NCBI GenBank assembly: GCA_046563655.1
Contig: CM102288.1
Coordinates: 6,076,001 to 6,140,000, forward strand
Reading direction: 5' to 3'
Length of the DNA stretch: 64,000 bases
Origin: Yuukianura sp. NJ FZ-2021
Lineage: Eukaryota
The position numbers were made by a program, and so were the translations under genes. A model generated the notes under the pieces. The model was not told the origin of the DNA and ran no database searches. It was given only the letters and a program-made list of their open reading frames with translations. This document shows, one piece after another, positions 26,144 through 37,151 of the stretch (positions within the stretch are counted from its first letter, which is position 1; every line of letters starts with the position of its first letter).

Positions 26144-28696
26144 TCATACGAAAAGCCACCAAAACGCGTTTTTTACACTAGAGACTAAAATCGGCGTTAA
26201 TTCAACGCTCAAAACGAGGAGGCAAAAAAAGAAGCAAACTCCGCAAACCATAAAAAGTGTTTGGATGTTAGACGACAATTGAACGGGTTTGACGTGATTG
26301 GCCACCTTGCGTGACAAATGAATTTCTTCATTTGGATCAATATAAATAGTTGGCTTAATCCGCCGATGCCACTGGAACCACTGCGGCAGAATTCCAGATT
26401 GCATCAGGAGATGAAACTGTCGGTACATTCTGGCAGTGGCTGGTCGATGAAAATGAGGCAACAGGAAAGCGTTCCACATCTTGAAGAGCTGTGACTCCCC
26501 TTTTTTATAAGGCCCATGACCCTTCTCCTCTGCAATGGCCATGATAGTGTCCAAGTTGTCGTCATAGTCAATGTACCCCACATTGTCACATGATTTGGTG
26601 AGGTTGACAATGTCCTCATAGTACGAACGGAGACTTTGTTTGGGAACAGTTGAACCCCACCACAGCCCTTGTCTGCTTTGAATTACAATAAATGCATGAG
26701 CAAATGGCACGGGCGTGGCGCCCAGCGACTTCTGCAGACCCTCCTTCCAAGCCACGACCATAATCGAGTCGCAGAAAACTGATGAATTTGGATACCAAAT
26801 TAAACGGTTTTCTCGGTAAGCAAGATCCAGCATTTTGACTTTATGATCATCTTCGTTGTATGAGCAGAAGCCCGGAGGCATTTTTGTCGGAATGGATAGG
26901 TTCATCATGTCAAAAGTATTGCGCAGTAAGGAACAATTTTTACCTGGACTGCCGTAGTTGTGTCCATCCCAATTCGAGCAAAGGGCACCCACACCACCCT
27001 TGTTCAGTCTCGTGATTTCCGCGTTGAGCTCCGGATAACAAATACAATTGCGTAGATTTGTAATGAAGTTCCAATCTTGCCCGTACGGTTGAAGAACGTA
27101 AGGGTTTTGCTCAACTAAAGTAATGTGCATGTCCTTGTAGGTTTGGGTGGCATAGAAAAGGAACCCTGGCATCTCCGTGACGTTGACGTGCGTCGCGGTG
27201 ACGTTTGCGGGCAATGTCAATTCCGAAGTAACGATTCCCTTGTAAGCCCCGGCTAGAACGATCATCAGAAGTAGCCAACTTCCAAGTACGAATTTAGTCG
27301 CCCGCATTGCCCCAGGAACGTTTTGGAGGCTGTGTGGAAAGGTTTCGCCAATGTCGAATGTTCCTGCGACATTAAAGAACAAAACTTCGTTCATGAGCTG
27401 GACATTTTGACGCCATGTAGCTGGTGCTGCCAAACTCAATTTCCTGTATAATATTACGACAAGGGGAAAAATTACGAGGATGCAAGCAACATAGACGATC
27501 CATGTGGTCATGTCGTAAGGTGCTACGTAGAAAAAGAAGTTTAGGCGTTGCTGAACCCCGTCACAGGTCATAAAGGTCATCCATCGCTGCCCGAGTTGTA
27601 GTACCGACCGGTGGACACGGAATTTGTCATCAACAAATGGCGAGTAGGCCAGGTCTTGCAGTTGAATTTTGTCCAACATATTGGAGCTTGCGATTGTCAA
27701 TTGTATCTCCAATTCTTTTACGGATTTGGTATCGCTTTCGAAAAAAATCCTTAGGTCAACTCCTTCCAGTAGGAGCCATTGGGTCAATGTGACGATACTC
27801 GTATGATTATAGACTTCTGGCTTTGACCTACCCGGTGACCCAATGTGTATCCGCGTAATGTCCTTGATATGTTGAAACCTCGGGTCATTTAGTAACAATG
27901 ATCGATTTCTGTACAACTCGGTTGCATTCGCTGAGCAGTTTGCGTTATAATCCAACGCCACCGTACATTGTCCAGAATAGTTGCCCGGGACAACTATCAA
28001 TCCGTCCAGAAACGGTTCCATGATCTTGTCAACCGTGGATCTACATGATGAGTATCCTGTCGACCCATTGTGGCATCTTCCCATTTCTACTTTCTGCGAG
28101 AAGGACGTCCACCAACCAAAAGGAGGCATTAAATAATTGGAGTACGGTACGTTACCAAACGTCATCGTTGCGTCCATGAGCTCATAGTAACTGGTCATTA
28201 TACTTTTCCGTTCGGCATGCCTCCGATACACATAATGCGTCATGAACAAGTTTTGCCGCGGTAACCTATGTAGTTCAAGCAGTTCTTCATCTTTAATCAG
28301 TTTTCGATATGGGTCGTCTAGCAGTACATTGACGTACATGGACCGGTAAGCTTCGGGATCCGGGTAATAGGGATGGAAGAAATCCCAAAAATCATCATTC
28401 TTCTCCAACACAGCTTCTGGATACACTATGAATAATGCAATTGAGTAATTACTCTTTCGCCATGACCTGTGAACTTCGAATTTTCGTATTGGCAGCTCAA
28501 CCATCATCGAGGGAACAGAAGTAATCGGCCCCACATCAAGGTCGTATGAGGAATTTCCGACCTTGAGAATAAGAACTTCCGAGTCTGCGTATTCTGCTAC
28601 CAGTTCATTCACGCCTTCCAAAAACCGCACTTCCTTGGTTTCCGATAATGCAAGGAAACAGGCCGTAAAGATGAGCAGAGTTTTGAGAAAAATCAT
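26144..28696 (-). CDS. Divergent intronless ionotropic-receptor-like (IR) protein, 850 aa
   Basis: Signal peptide; TFMTC...FYVAPYDMTTW before M1; M3 WLLLMIVLAGAYKGIVTSELTLP; LMQSGILPQW; C-terminal M4 IQTLFMVCGVCFFFCLLVLSVE. Confidence 0.8.
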   Translation of the reverse strand: MIFLKTLLIFTACFLALSETKEVRFLEGVNELVAEYADSEVLILKVGNSSYDLDVGPITSVPSMMVELPIRKFEVHRSWRKSNYSIALFIVYPEAVLEKNDDFWDFFHPYYPDPEAYRSMYVNVLLDDPYRKLIKDEELLELHRLPRQNLFMTHYVYRRHAERKSIMTSYYELMDATMTFGNVPYSNYLMPPFGWWTSFSQKVEMGRCHNGSTGYSSCRSTVDKIMEPFLDGLIVVPGNYSGQCTVALDYNANCSANATELYRNRSLLLNDPRFQHIKDITRIHIGSPGRSKPEVYNHTSIVTLTQWLLLEGVDLRIFFESDTKSVKELEIQLTIASSNMLDKIQLQDLAYSPFVDDKFRVHRSVLQLGQRWMTFMTCDGVQQRLNFFFYVAPYDMTTWIVYVACILVIFPLVVILYRKLSLAAPATWRQNVQLMNEVLFFNVAGTFDIGETFPHSLQNVPGAMRATKFVLGSWLLLMIVLAGAYKGIVTSELTLPANVTATHVNVTEMPGFLFYATQTYKDMHITLVEQNPYVLQPYGQDWNFITNLRNCICYPELNAEITRLNKGGVGALCSNWDGHNYGSPGKNCSLLRNTFDMMNLSIPTKMPPGFCSYNEDDHKVKMLDLAYRENRLIWYPNSSVFCDSIMVVAWKEGLQKSLGATPVPFAHAFIVIQSRQGLWWGSTVPKQSLRSYYEDIVNLTKSCDNVGYIDYDDNLDTIMAIAEEKGHGPYKKGESQLFKMWNAFLLPHFHRPATARMYRQFHLLMQSGILPQWFQWHRRIKPTIYIDPNEEIHLSRKVANHVKPVQLSSNIQTLFMVCGVCFFFCLLVLSVELTPILVSSVKNAFWWLFV

Positions 28697-29457
28697 GTTT
28701 CAAGATTCAAAGTTTGGTTCAGGAACTGTTTTTTATATTGTGCTTTAGGTCTTGGATAGTCTTAGAGGAAAATATTCTTCAAGCCACACCTAGCAACAAA
28801 ATGGCGAAGTGAGGAAAAGCTTACGAAACATGCAATGAAACTTAAATTATTAATTATTATCATTTTAATTACTAAGAGTGTTGTTGCATGCTGGGAAATT
28901 AGCATCTTGCCGGGAATGGGGAGGGATTCAGTGACTATTGACTTTTACTTTTACAAAAAAATTTGAAATTTTCACCAATCCTGAAAGTGAGTACAAGCAG
29001 AAGTGTTATGCTTTTTGTTCTCTTTTTAGACAAAAAATTTTGAAATGCTTATCATAACTAATAGCTATCATAAAACTATCATATCTTATCTGTCATAACT
29101 ATCTATCATAGCATGTGTAACTATCATAATGAGGTGTAATGTAAAATGACCTATCTTTATCGCACTACGGAGCGTGGCTTCAACCTTCAGGGCGGACGGA
29201 CAGACAGACAAGTTCAATCCATAAAGTAGCCTCTGCTAAGCTTAAATTTTAACCAATTTTATTAAAATTATCAACCTTAGACACAAAAACTGTTGATTTT
29301 TGGTAAGAGGTAAAACATATAGTTAAAAATTAAAATTCAAATAATATTTTAAGGTATTGGCGAGAAATGTTAACGGAGAAGAATAAAATGATGGTTGGAG
29401 TAAACCAGAGTTGCATCTGCTGTAACCACTGCCGCCATGTTTACAACCAAATAGTGG

Positions 29458-32400
29458 TTACAGGCGGGAAAAGGTTTCCTTGTTATTTTTAGAATCAGTA
29501 TGTTCTGACTCAAAAGACATCGTAGTTGGGAATGTCGTACCGTAGAATCCAGTCGGTGTTGGATTCAAATGGAAGTTCAACGGCATGGTTTGTGCCAGTG
29601 TTGTCGCTGGAAGTGTCGTCGCTGAGACATTGCGACTACTACGCTTTCTGTAGGCAAGTATTCGTGGCCTGGCAACAACTTTTGGAACGACTTGATGGAG
29701 ACATGATGGCAACAGGGTGGGTCGGAGGCGCCGTGTCACGGGTTCGACGGCCACTTCGCTACTACTTCCAGTACTTCCAGCATATGTACTTCCAGTACAA
29801 CTTATCTTCTCGTCCAGGAAACTGTACACTGGTATAGTTGGTGATACAAAGACCAGATCTCTCAGGATTTCACTCTGGGACAGTTTGGACGTAGACATCA
29901 AATCTGAAGACAGGACAAAGTGACGAAAGTCCGCATTTTTATGTTCGTGCCAAAGTGTGTCCAAGTGTAAGCGATCAAGCGTTTTCCTCCAGTCTAAGGT
30001 GTGTCTCCACCTAGAAAAAAAGCACAGATCACTAAAAAATTCAGTAACTAATAATATAGAAACTTCTTATCGAGGTTATCCCGTTATCCAAAACTTTATC
30101 CAAAAACCAAACACTAAATTATCTTAAGTTATTGAAGTCTATCGTTAGTTTTTTCTTTTTTTTTGTACCTTGCTTCGAATCCTCCAATCATGAGATCAAA
30201 CAATTCCTTGGAGTTGAGTCCAAGAATTCTGGAAAAGGACCATTCCGAAGGGATCGTGGGCCCTTCAAGGGACAAATCTTGAGCAAAATTCCTCTTCGGA
30301 AAGAGAGACCGATGTGTCCAGTGAGGATCGTAAATGCAAAGCTGATTCGGAAACATTCGGCGTCTTTCGGGCGGAAGTTCACACAAAAGTCCATTGTCAA
30401 ACAGAATCGCTGGGTACAAACTCCAAGGCAGCGTCATGTAAAACGAATGCTTTCGCTTTCGGTTCTCGTCTGGATCACTCTGCGTCTAGAATTATCAAAA
30501 TCCATTAGGAAAACCAATAAAAATAATTTGTTCTTATAAGTTAGGTTAAGGCAAGGTTCCTATAGAAACATAATAGAATTTCTTTAACAGGTTAGACACG
30601 GTCTAACCTGTTAAAGTCCCGGTTTCAGAAAAATCTCTGCCAACCTTTTTTTTTCACAAAGAGTTGTTTATCGCTTGTCTTGTCTTGTCTTGATTGTCTT
30701 TTCGTTTTTGAAATGGATAAAATTGTTTTGAAAAAATTAAAAACAAAAGCGACGTATTGCCTAACCTGTGAAAGAAAAAACTATTCTCTTGTTTACGAAC
30801 CTTGACTTACGGTTCTTCAAATTTTTTTAAATTTCGCATGGATTGTTTTTATTATTTGCTTTTAGTTAATTAGTTTATAAAGAGGATTAATTAATTTGTA
30901 CCTCTCTGAGTCGGATTGGTGTTGTCAGTCTATTCCCAACGTCCGAATGAATTAAATGCTTGACGGGGAACCATCTCCGGGTCAAGTTCGGACTTCGTTC
31001 CTTGACTTCTACAAAAAACAATTCAAGATTTAGGGTTAAATTACGAAAAATCCTTAGATTAAGAAAAGTTGTCCTTACCTATGGACACGGACTGTTCATT
31101 TCCAGAATGCGGACTAGCAGCATGGAATTCCATCTTATCTGCCCTCTCGTGAGCAGCATCTTGGTCATGTATCGGTCTGAAGCAATGTCTTATCTCTGCC
31201 AGTATTCCAGAACGCAGCGGTGGTTCAGCTCCCGATTGTTGCAAATAGTCAGAGCACATACTGGCAAGTTGCTTGGTGCGAGAAAGAACTTTGTTGTGCA
31301 AAACCGACCGGATACGAGACACCTACAACCAAAAAAAAAAAACACCAAAGCTTGAAATTTTGATGTACTGGAATACTTGAAAGTACTGGATACTAGGAAG
31401 TACTTGAATACTTACTCGCAGCACTTCGTCTCTGCACATGTGGACGTAGATTCTTCTGCGTTTCAAGTTCAGCATTTGGACCATCTTGGCCTCTTTTTGC
31501 CCCGCGACGGCCCTGACACCGCTTCCGCTTAAAATTTCCGAGGCAATTGACATTCCACTGTCGTCATAGGAAGACGAAGAGTCCACAATTTCCACAGAGT
31601 TGAGTGGTTCATGGATTGGCGGCGGTGGACAGACGACATGTGACACTGGCGACATCGGTGACTCTGCAGAGGCAGTCAGTTCGTCAGCATCGAATTTGAA
31701 GTAAGTGTCCAAGTTGAGGGCCGATGTCGCCGTGATGTTCATGTAGTCGCTCAGACTGTCGTCGTCTTCGTCCATTTCCTCGATTCTCTTCCTCTCTCCA
31801 GTGTCAACACACTCTTCATCGTTGTCTTCACGAGCAGTTTGGTTTAAATTTAACTTGTCATGTGTGATAGAACGCTTCATACAATCACGAAAGTCACCGT
31901 AAGTGTGTAACAGCTTATCCGGATCGTCTTTAAGTTTTAGCTCCCCTCCTATTCCGGTTTCATCAACTCCGATTCCGGTTTCGTGAACTCCGAGTCCCGG
32001 TACCAGCAAGGTGTCGTCCGGAATCAAGTCTCCGGTGACCGAACCGAAACGTTTTGAGATCGTTATGTCTGGAATTCCACCTGGAGATGGGCATTTGAGT
32101 TTGATGTCACAAATGGAGCTGGAGTGGCTGTCATTCCATTTTCGTTTTCTCTTGTGATCAGAACTGGATCCGAGGAATGACATCAAGTAGTCGTCCGCTG
32201 GTGAGTTTAGAGTTGGAGTTGACTTGTCCAAGTAATTGTGTAACTCTAAATCAGAAAGAGGGAATGCTGGATCTGTTTGCACTTTGACATTGTCACTGTC
32301 GTTGGATATCGGCGAGAGACCGAGGGAAGAGTAGCAGTTTGAGGGTGAAAAGGCTCCGGGGGATTGCTGTTCCAGCTTTTCGTTGAAGTAGGCCCGTTGA

Positions 32401-32858
32401 CGAGCGACACCCATTAGGTTCAGGGTGTGGATTGCTTCGTTAACAACGGTAACGGTACGCTTGTCATTCTCAATTTTCAACTGAGGTTGTAGTTGTATGG
32501 GCAGTGGAGCATTGGATTCATCGTCAGAGCCACTGGAATCACTTGAATGTCAGACAGAAAAAAGAAGATAAAATTGAAATGATTGATGAATGTTGAAAAT
32601 TGATTGATTAGGTTAGATTGATTGATTTCAAAAACTTTACCTCAGTCTCCCGGCAAAGAGTTCGCCCAAATAGTCCAGGTACGGTTTCAAATTGAGGGCT
32701 CGTCGGACTCGTTCTTCGTAGGGCAATGCTCTCTCGGCGGCTAACCTTTCTGCAACTGTTAACTTATTGTTCGGAACCAGCCGACTACTGGAGTTATTAG
32801 CTGATCTAACCGAACTGTCCCACCGCTGTTGGCACCGAGGAGCTCCTCCGTTCATCAT
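29458..32858 (-). CDS. INO80-derived protein lacking the Snf2 ATPase, 854 aa (exons 32858-32641, 32541-31416, 31322-31079, 31008-30902, 30485-30169, 30010-29458)
   Basis: Exons sum to 2565 nt, open, with GT-AG introns. Colinear blocks resemble the recalled INO80 N-terminus (VRRALNLKPYL; LSDLELHNYL), HSA/DBINO start (LNLKRRRIY...KQLASMC) and insertion domain (HRSLF...WSFSRILGLNSKELFDLMIGGFEARW; LRDLVFVS; PTLLPSCLHQVVPKVVARP). No Walker A, DEAx or HELICc motifs. Confidence 0.8.
30552..30804. mobile_element. MITE of the CAAGGTT-TIR family, in intron 4 of the INO80-derived gene
   Basis: CAAGGTTCC...TCTTTAACAGGTTAG at left and its inverse CTAACCTGTGAAAGA...GAACCTTG at right. Confidence 0.7.
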
Positions 32859-33118
32859 TTCTGAAAAGGCCTTCACAACTTTCAATGTAAAAGTGGATTT
32901 GAATACTGCAAACGTTTTTTCAAACACTATGGTTGCTAACCAACCTGAATTTGATATGTGAGATGTCAATTTTCATTAATCGTCACAACACAAGATCGGC
33001 CAGTTTCTAGTGCTTCAGAATGATAAATGACCCCAATGATTAATTCACAATTATTGAACTGACAAGAGAACAAATCGATCAGTGTCCTTTTTCATGCTAA
33101 GTGCTAAGAAAGCCTTAA

Positions 33119-33262
33119 CCGTGTGGTATTTTGCGAACGGGAATGACAAGGGTCTGACTATTCCCCTGACATGTGTTTTCTCTCATTGAGGTAAAGGAGA
33201 AAAACCACGTGTCATGGGAATAGTCTGACCCTAGTCATTCCCGTTAGCAAAATACGACACGG
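33119..33262. mobile_element. Palindromic MITE-like element
   Basis: About 60-bp arms CCGTGTGGTATTTTGCGAACGGGAATGAC... / ...GTCATTCCCGTTAGCAAAATACGACACGG. Confidence 0.75.
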
Positions 33263-33666
33263 TATTCAATATTCAATTGCTACTTATAAATATAGGTATT
33301 TTAGGTATAAATTCAATTCATGTTTACAAAAAAACGAGACAACTTTCGCTGGTAAGTTTTCCAACACAAAAAAAAGTACTTGGGTTGCCTATTCCTGGGA
33401 TATCGCAGAGACGGCTAGATAAATAAGCTGCGATTTTCAACAGAAAATATGCGATCTCAGAAGCGGACTTGTTTTTTTTTTTAGTTCACCTTTACTTCTA
33501 CGTAGCAAAATTTGTGAGTTCCACTTTGACCTGACCGTTGGTCATGATGAAGGTTATTGAAGGTCATTGAAACCTATATTTCCTGCTAGATTTCTCGATG
33601 CGTGTGTGGATCCGTCTTTTCACAGTATAGGCCGCAATAATCCGCGATCCGCCTTTTAGGGAGACC

Positions 33667-33752
33667 CTAAAGTCCGCTGTAATCTGTGAAATCGCAACCA
33701 CCTGGTTGAACTTGTTTCTACTTTCTAAACAAAAAATTCAAAGAGTAGAACC
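33667..33752 (+). repeat. Copy 1 of an ~85-bp dispersed direct repeat (copy 2 at 36298-36375)
   Basis: CTAAA.TCCGC...GAAATCGCAA...CCTGGTTGAA.TTGTTT...AAACAAAAAA...CAAAGA.TAGAACC in both copies. Confidence 0.8.
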
Positions 33753-34078
33753 GAACACAATCCCAACGGACAAAATTCTTGTGTCTTGTGTCGGTTCGGT
33801 TGGCTCACACCGTATTAAGTTTGATCGGGTTTTCAGTGATCACGATCGGTGAAGCCGCGTCACTCATAGGACTTTGTCACTGCTTAGTGTCGCTACTACC
33901 GACTTCGTCGCCTACAACGGAAGCTCACGTCTAGCGACGACGACTAACCTAAAACCATATGTACGCTCCGGGGTGTAAAGTATGGACTTTCGAAAATATT
34001 AATGGCATGCAACGGTTGAGTCAAGCGAAAGTAGTCGGAGTAGTCCATACCGGTATGTTATTTTTGATTTTCTGTAAC

Positions 34079-34272
34079 CATAGAATCTGCTCACCCACTT
34101 CCTCTTACACAAGAAGATGGGGGGCTTAGGCAAAAAGTGAAGCAAAACTCAACAATTGCACTCATTAGTGCAATAATGGACCAGGCTTATTGTCGATAAA
34201 ATGTTTCGCTACACTTTTTCTCCAAGGCCCTCATCTTCTTGTGTAAGAGGAAGTGGGTGAGCAGATTCTATG
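34079..34272. mobile_element. MITE with 8-bp TSD (hAT or P superfamily), recent insertion
   Basis: About 40-bp perfect TIR CATAGAATCTGCTCACCCACTTCCTCTTACACAAGAAGATG; TSD TCTGTAAC at 34071-34078 and 34273-34280. Confidence 0.9.
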
Positions 34273-34330
34273 TCTGTAACTGATGAATTTTTGGCTTCTT
34301 TTCCCCATTTCGAGTTATTGGTAAGGTTAA

Positions 34331-34465
34331 GGGGGAGGGTGCCAATTGTAACACCCCGTCGTAACCCCCCTATTGTAACACCCGAGGTAGGTTTGGTTTG
34401 TTCTCATTTTTTAAACTTCTGAATAACTGATTACATCTCGGGGGCTACAATTGGCACCCTCTCCC
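34331..34465. mobile_element. PIF/Harbinger-like MITE
   Basis: TIR GGG(G/A)GAGGGTGCCAATTGTA, flanked by TAA and TTA. Confidence 0.75.
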
Positions 34466-34502
34466 TTACTCGGTGTTTTTTTTTAATTTTTTACGGTTTA
34501 CG

Positions 34503-35864
34503 ATGTTCACGATGTTAAGGGTTTCGGGTATTTTAAACCATAATCCTTTAATTGAAAAAAAAACCGCTACTTCACCGAGCACCGGGGTATCTGAAAGTAA
34601 GAACTAGAACGAATATTAATTATTGTTTTTTTTTTATTGTGTTGTTTATAGAGGACGTTTTTGTTGTGGAATTCCAAAATGGAATTACTGAACACAAAAC
34701 ATTCCAACAATTAGTATTAGTACCACTTGAAGACTATCCAGAAACGCAAGAACTGACGGCTACTTCCTCATCATCCGGAAATCATGCCTCATCTGCTAAC
34801 ATGGGAGAACCATCTGAGCAGCAGGTCAGATTAAATATAGAAAATAATGTGAATCAAATCATTTATCAATGTTTCCCTCCCTATTCTAATTGTTTAAGCG
34901 TGTCCAGTTAAAGAAACTAAGCAAAACAGCAGTGGTTTATTTGAGTTAAAGTATTTTTTTAGGCAAAGTCGATGAGGCGAAACTAAATTTTGCTTGGAGT
35001 GAGGGGAGTGAACAAGTTTACGAAATCGTTAAAAGTTGACGCTTTCCTTAGATAACGTACCGTTAATTTTAACGAAGTACTTATTTCTTTGAACTCTTCA
35101 GTTTTTCATTCCTTTTTTATTTGTTTTAGTTATGATTAGTTTAACTGAAACCTCCAAAACCTTTCCGACCCTTAACAATGAAAATACGTCAAAATGATAC
35201 ACGTTTTTGTATAAAGCAGGTCAGTACGCCAAGACGTCGATTGATAACTTCACAAGAGTCAGAAGTGGCGACTACACGTCGTCGGGATGAAACCTGCGAG
35301 GAATCCACCGCTAATCTTTCTTCTCCATCTACTGAAACTTCCGACACTGTTACTGTCGTGAAACGATCACCTCGCAAAAGAAATGCTCCTGTGCGTTATG
35401 AGGCTAGTGGATACACATCCCCGCTTAAATCACCACGGCGAAACGACAAAAGAAAAGGTATCGTAAATCTCCAGAATGCATAAACACTTTGGACGTATAA
35501 TTAAAATAAATCTTTTTGTTTAGTGAGACCTCAAACTGCCAAGAACACGTCGAAACCTAACGCTGCACCAACGGACGGAAACGGTTCTCCAGGTCCCATG
35601 AAACGTGGGAAAACAAATGAAAGTGGGAATTCTGGTGAAGATGTCACACCAAACATACGAGAAGATGATTCTGATGATGACGACGCCACACAGCTTGAAA
35701 ATGATGCCAGCTTGGAAGGAAGTGTTGCTCGTAGTAATTCCTCTTGTGTACAGTGCATAAAAATTTCCCAAGAAATAGCAGAACTAAAAAAATTTTTTGA
35801 AGAAAAACTAGAGCAACTAAGTTCTGAACTCGTGGAACACCGGAAGCAGACCCACAGCAACTAA
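34503..35864 (+). CDS. Uncharacterised low-complexity protein with a C-terminal CxxC and coiled coil, about 280 aa (exons 34503-34596, 34652-34824, 35220-35457, 35524-35864)
   Basis: Four ORF segments join in frame through GT-AG introns; basic NLS-like SPRKR motifs; CVQC...EIAELKKFFEEKLEQL. Confidence 0.55.
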
Positions 35865-36523
35865 AACGTAAAACGTGACAATTATCTGATGTCTTTTAGA
35901 ACCCGCTTGCATATTAAGCTTATTACTAATTTTAATTATACCTTTTAATTTTTAATTTTAATTTTAATTAACCTTAAAATTAGTATTCATTTGCTGTGTA
36001 CTTCCGTACCTTCATTTTACCGTTGTCGGCCATGGTGCATTGTGGCTCATCGTTATGTGCCGTATGAGCACCCGTGTGCGATTGCAGCACCTTTTGCTAC
36101 TTTCGTACACTCCGTATTACGACCGGATTAATTATTAACTCATTTTACCAATAATAATAAATACGCTTACTAATTAATTAGTAAGTAAAATATTGACGAT
36201 TGTCAGACTATGAAGTGTCATTTCATTTCCAATTTTGGAATGGCCTGATGGCACGGAGGTTTACTTCAGCGTCACTCAGAGAAAATTTCTCTGCAGTCTA
36301 AAATCCGCCGAATCAGCGAAATCGCAAGCCCCTGGTTGAAATTGTTTGTAAACAAAAAAAACAAAGAATAGAACCCCACCTTCAATCGTTCAATCAGGAA
36401 TAAGGATGAGTCAGAGATCAGACATTTAATTATTTGGGTCTCATCTGGATCAGCAGATTAATTAATTACTAAGGCATCAATTGAAAACCCGACCGCAATT
36501 AACGTAGAACAGTTAGCTAAAGT

Positions 36524-37151
36524 ATGAAGTTGGTTGGATTCTGCTTTACTTTCACCTTACTGTGGAGATTCAACGGTAATCAAGTAACTTGATTCAAGTT
36601 GTATTTGAAATCACGCGTTAAATCTTACTCGTTTTTCAATCGTAAGTCAAGGGTTTCGATTTTTTTTTCAAGAGTCTATCCGATGCTACCAGTGCAGCTC
36701 TGCCGAGGACAAGAAAAATGACAACTGCGGCGTGTACTCTAACTTTGACCGAGAACGCAACATTCCAGTGGACTGCCAGGGTGACGAGGCAGTTACGCCA
36801 GGGACATTCTGTGCCAAATTTACGCAGCAGAGTCCACGCAGCTTCATTTGGGATGGCAGGTTTGTACTGTAGAATAAACACGTTTTTCAGTCGTCCGCTA
36901 ACGATTACACTACGTTTATTTTCAGATGGCGTCAAGTAATACGACGATGTGCTTCCGTGTCTGATACTGGAGTTACTGGAGTATGCAACTGGGGAGTTTA
37001 TGAAAATGGGGTTTACTGGGAAGAGTGCTACTGCTCCGAAGATTCTTGCAACTCTTCAAGTCGTCTTGTTCCAGCGTCAATCGCTGTCAATCCCATCCTC
37101 ACCTTGACTTTTATGATCGTCTACTACGCAGCATCTAGATGTTGGATTTGA
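36524..37151 (+). CDS. Ly6/uPAR three-finger GPI-anchored protein, Drosophila CG6329-like (exons 36524-36575, 36673-36859, 36926-37151)
   Basis: Signal peptide, IRCYQC...FIWDGRWRQVIRRCASVSDTGVTGVCNWGVYENGVYWEECYCSEDSCN and a hydrophobic GPI tail. Confidence 0.9.

Noticed and set aside
26144..28696. Long intronless ORF as a horizontally transferred or retroelement gene
   Set aside because: It has a signal peptide and IR-type TM motifs; no RT, integrase or bacterial enzyme motifs seen.
29458..32858. Canonical INO80 gene, or several unrelated hypothetical ORFs
   Set aside because: The ORFs splice into one frame with colinear INO80-like blocks but no ATPase motifs, so no gene symbol was assigned.
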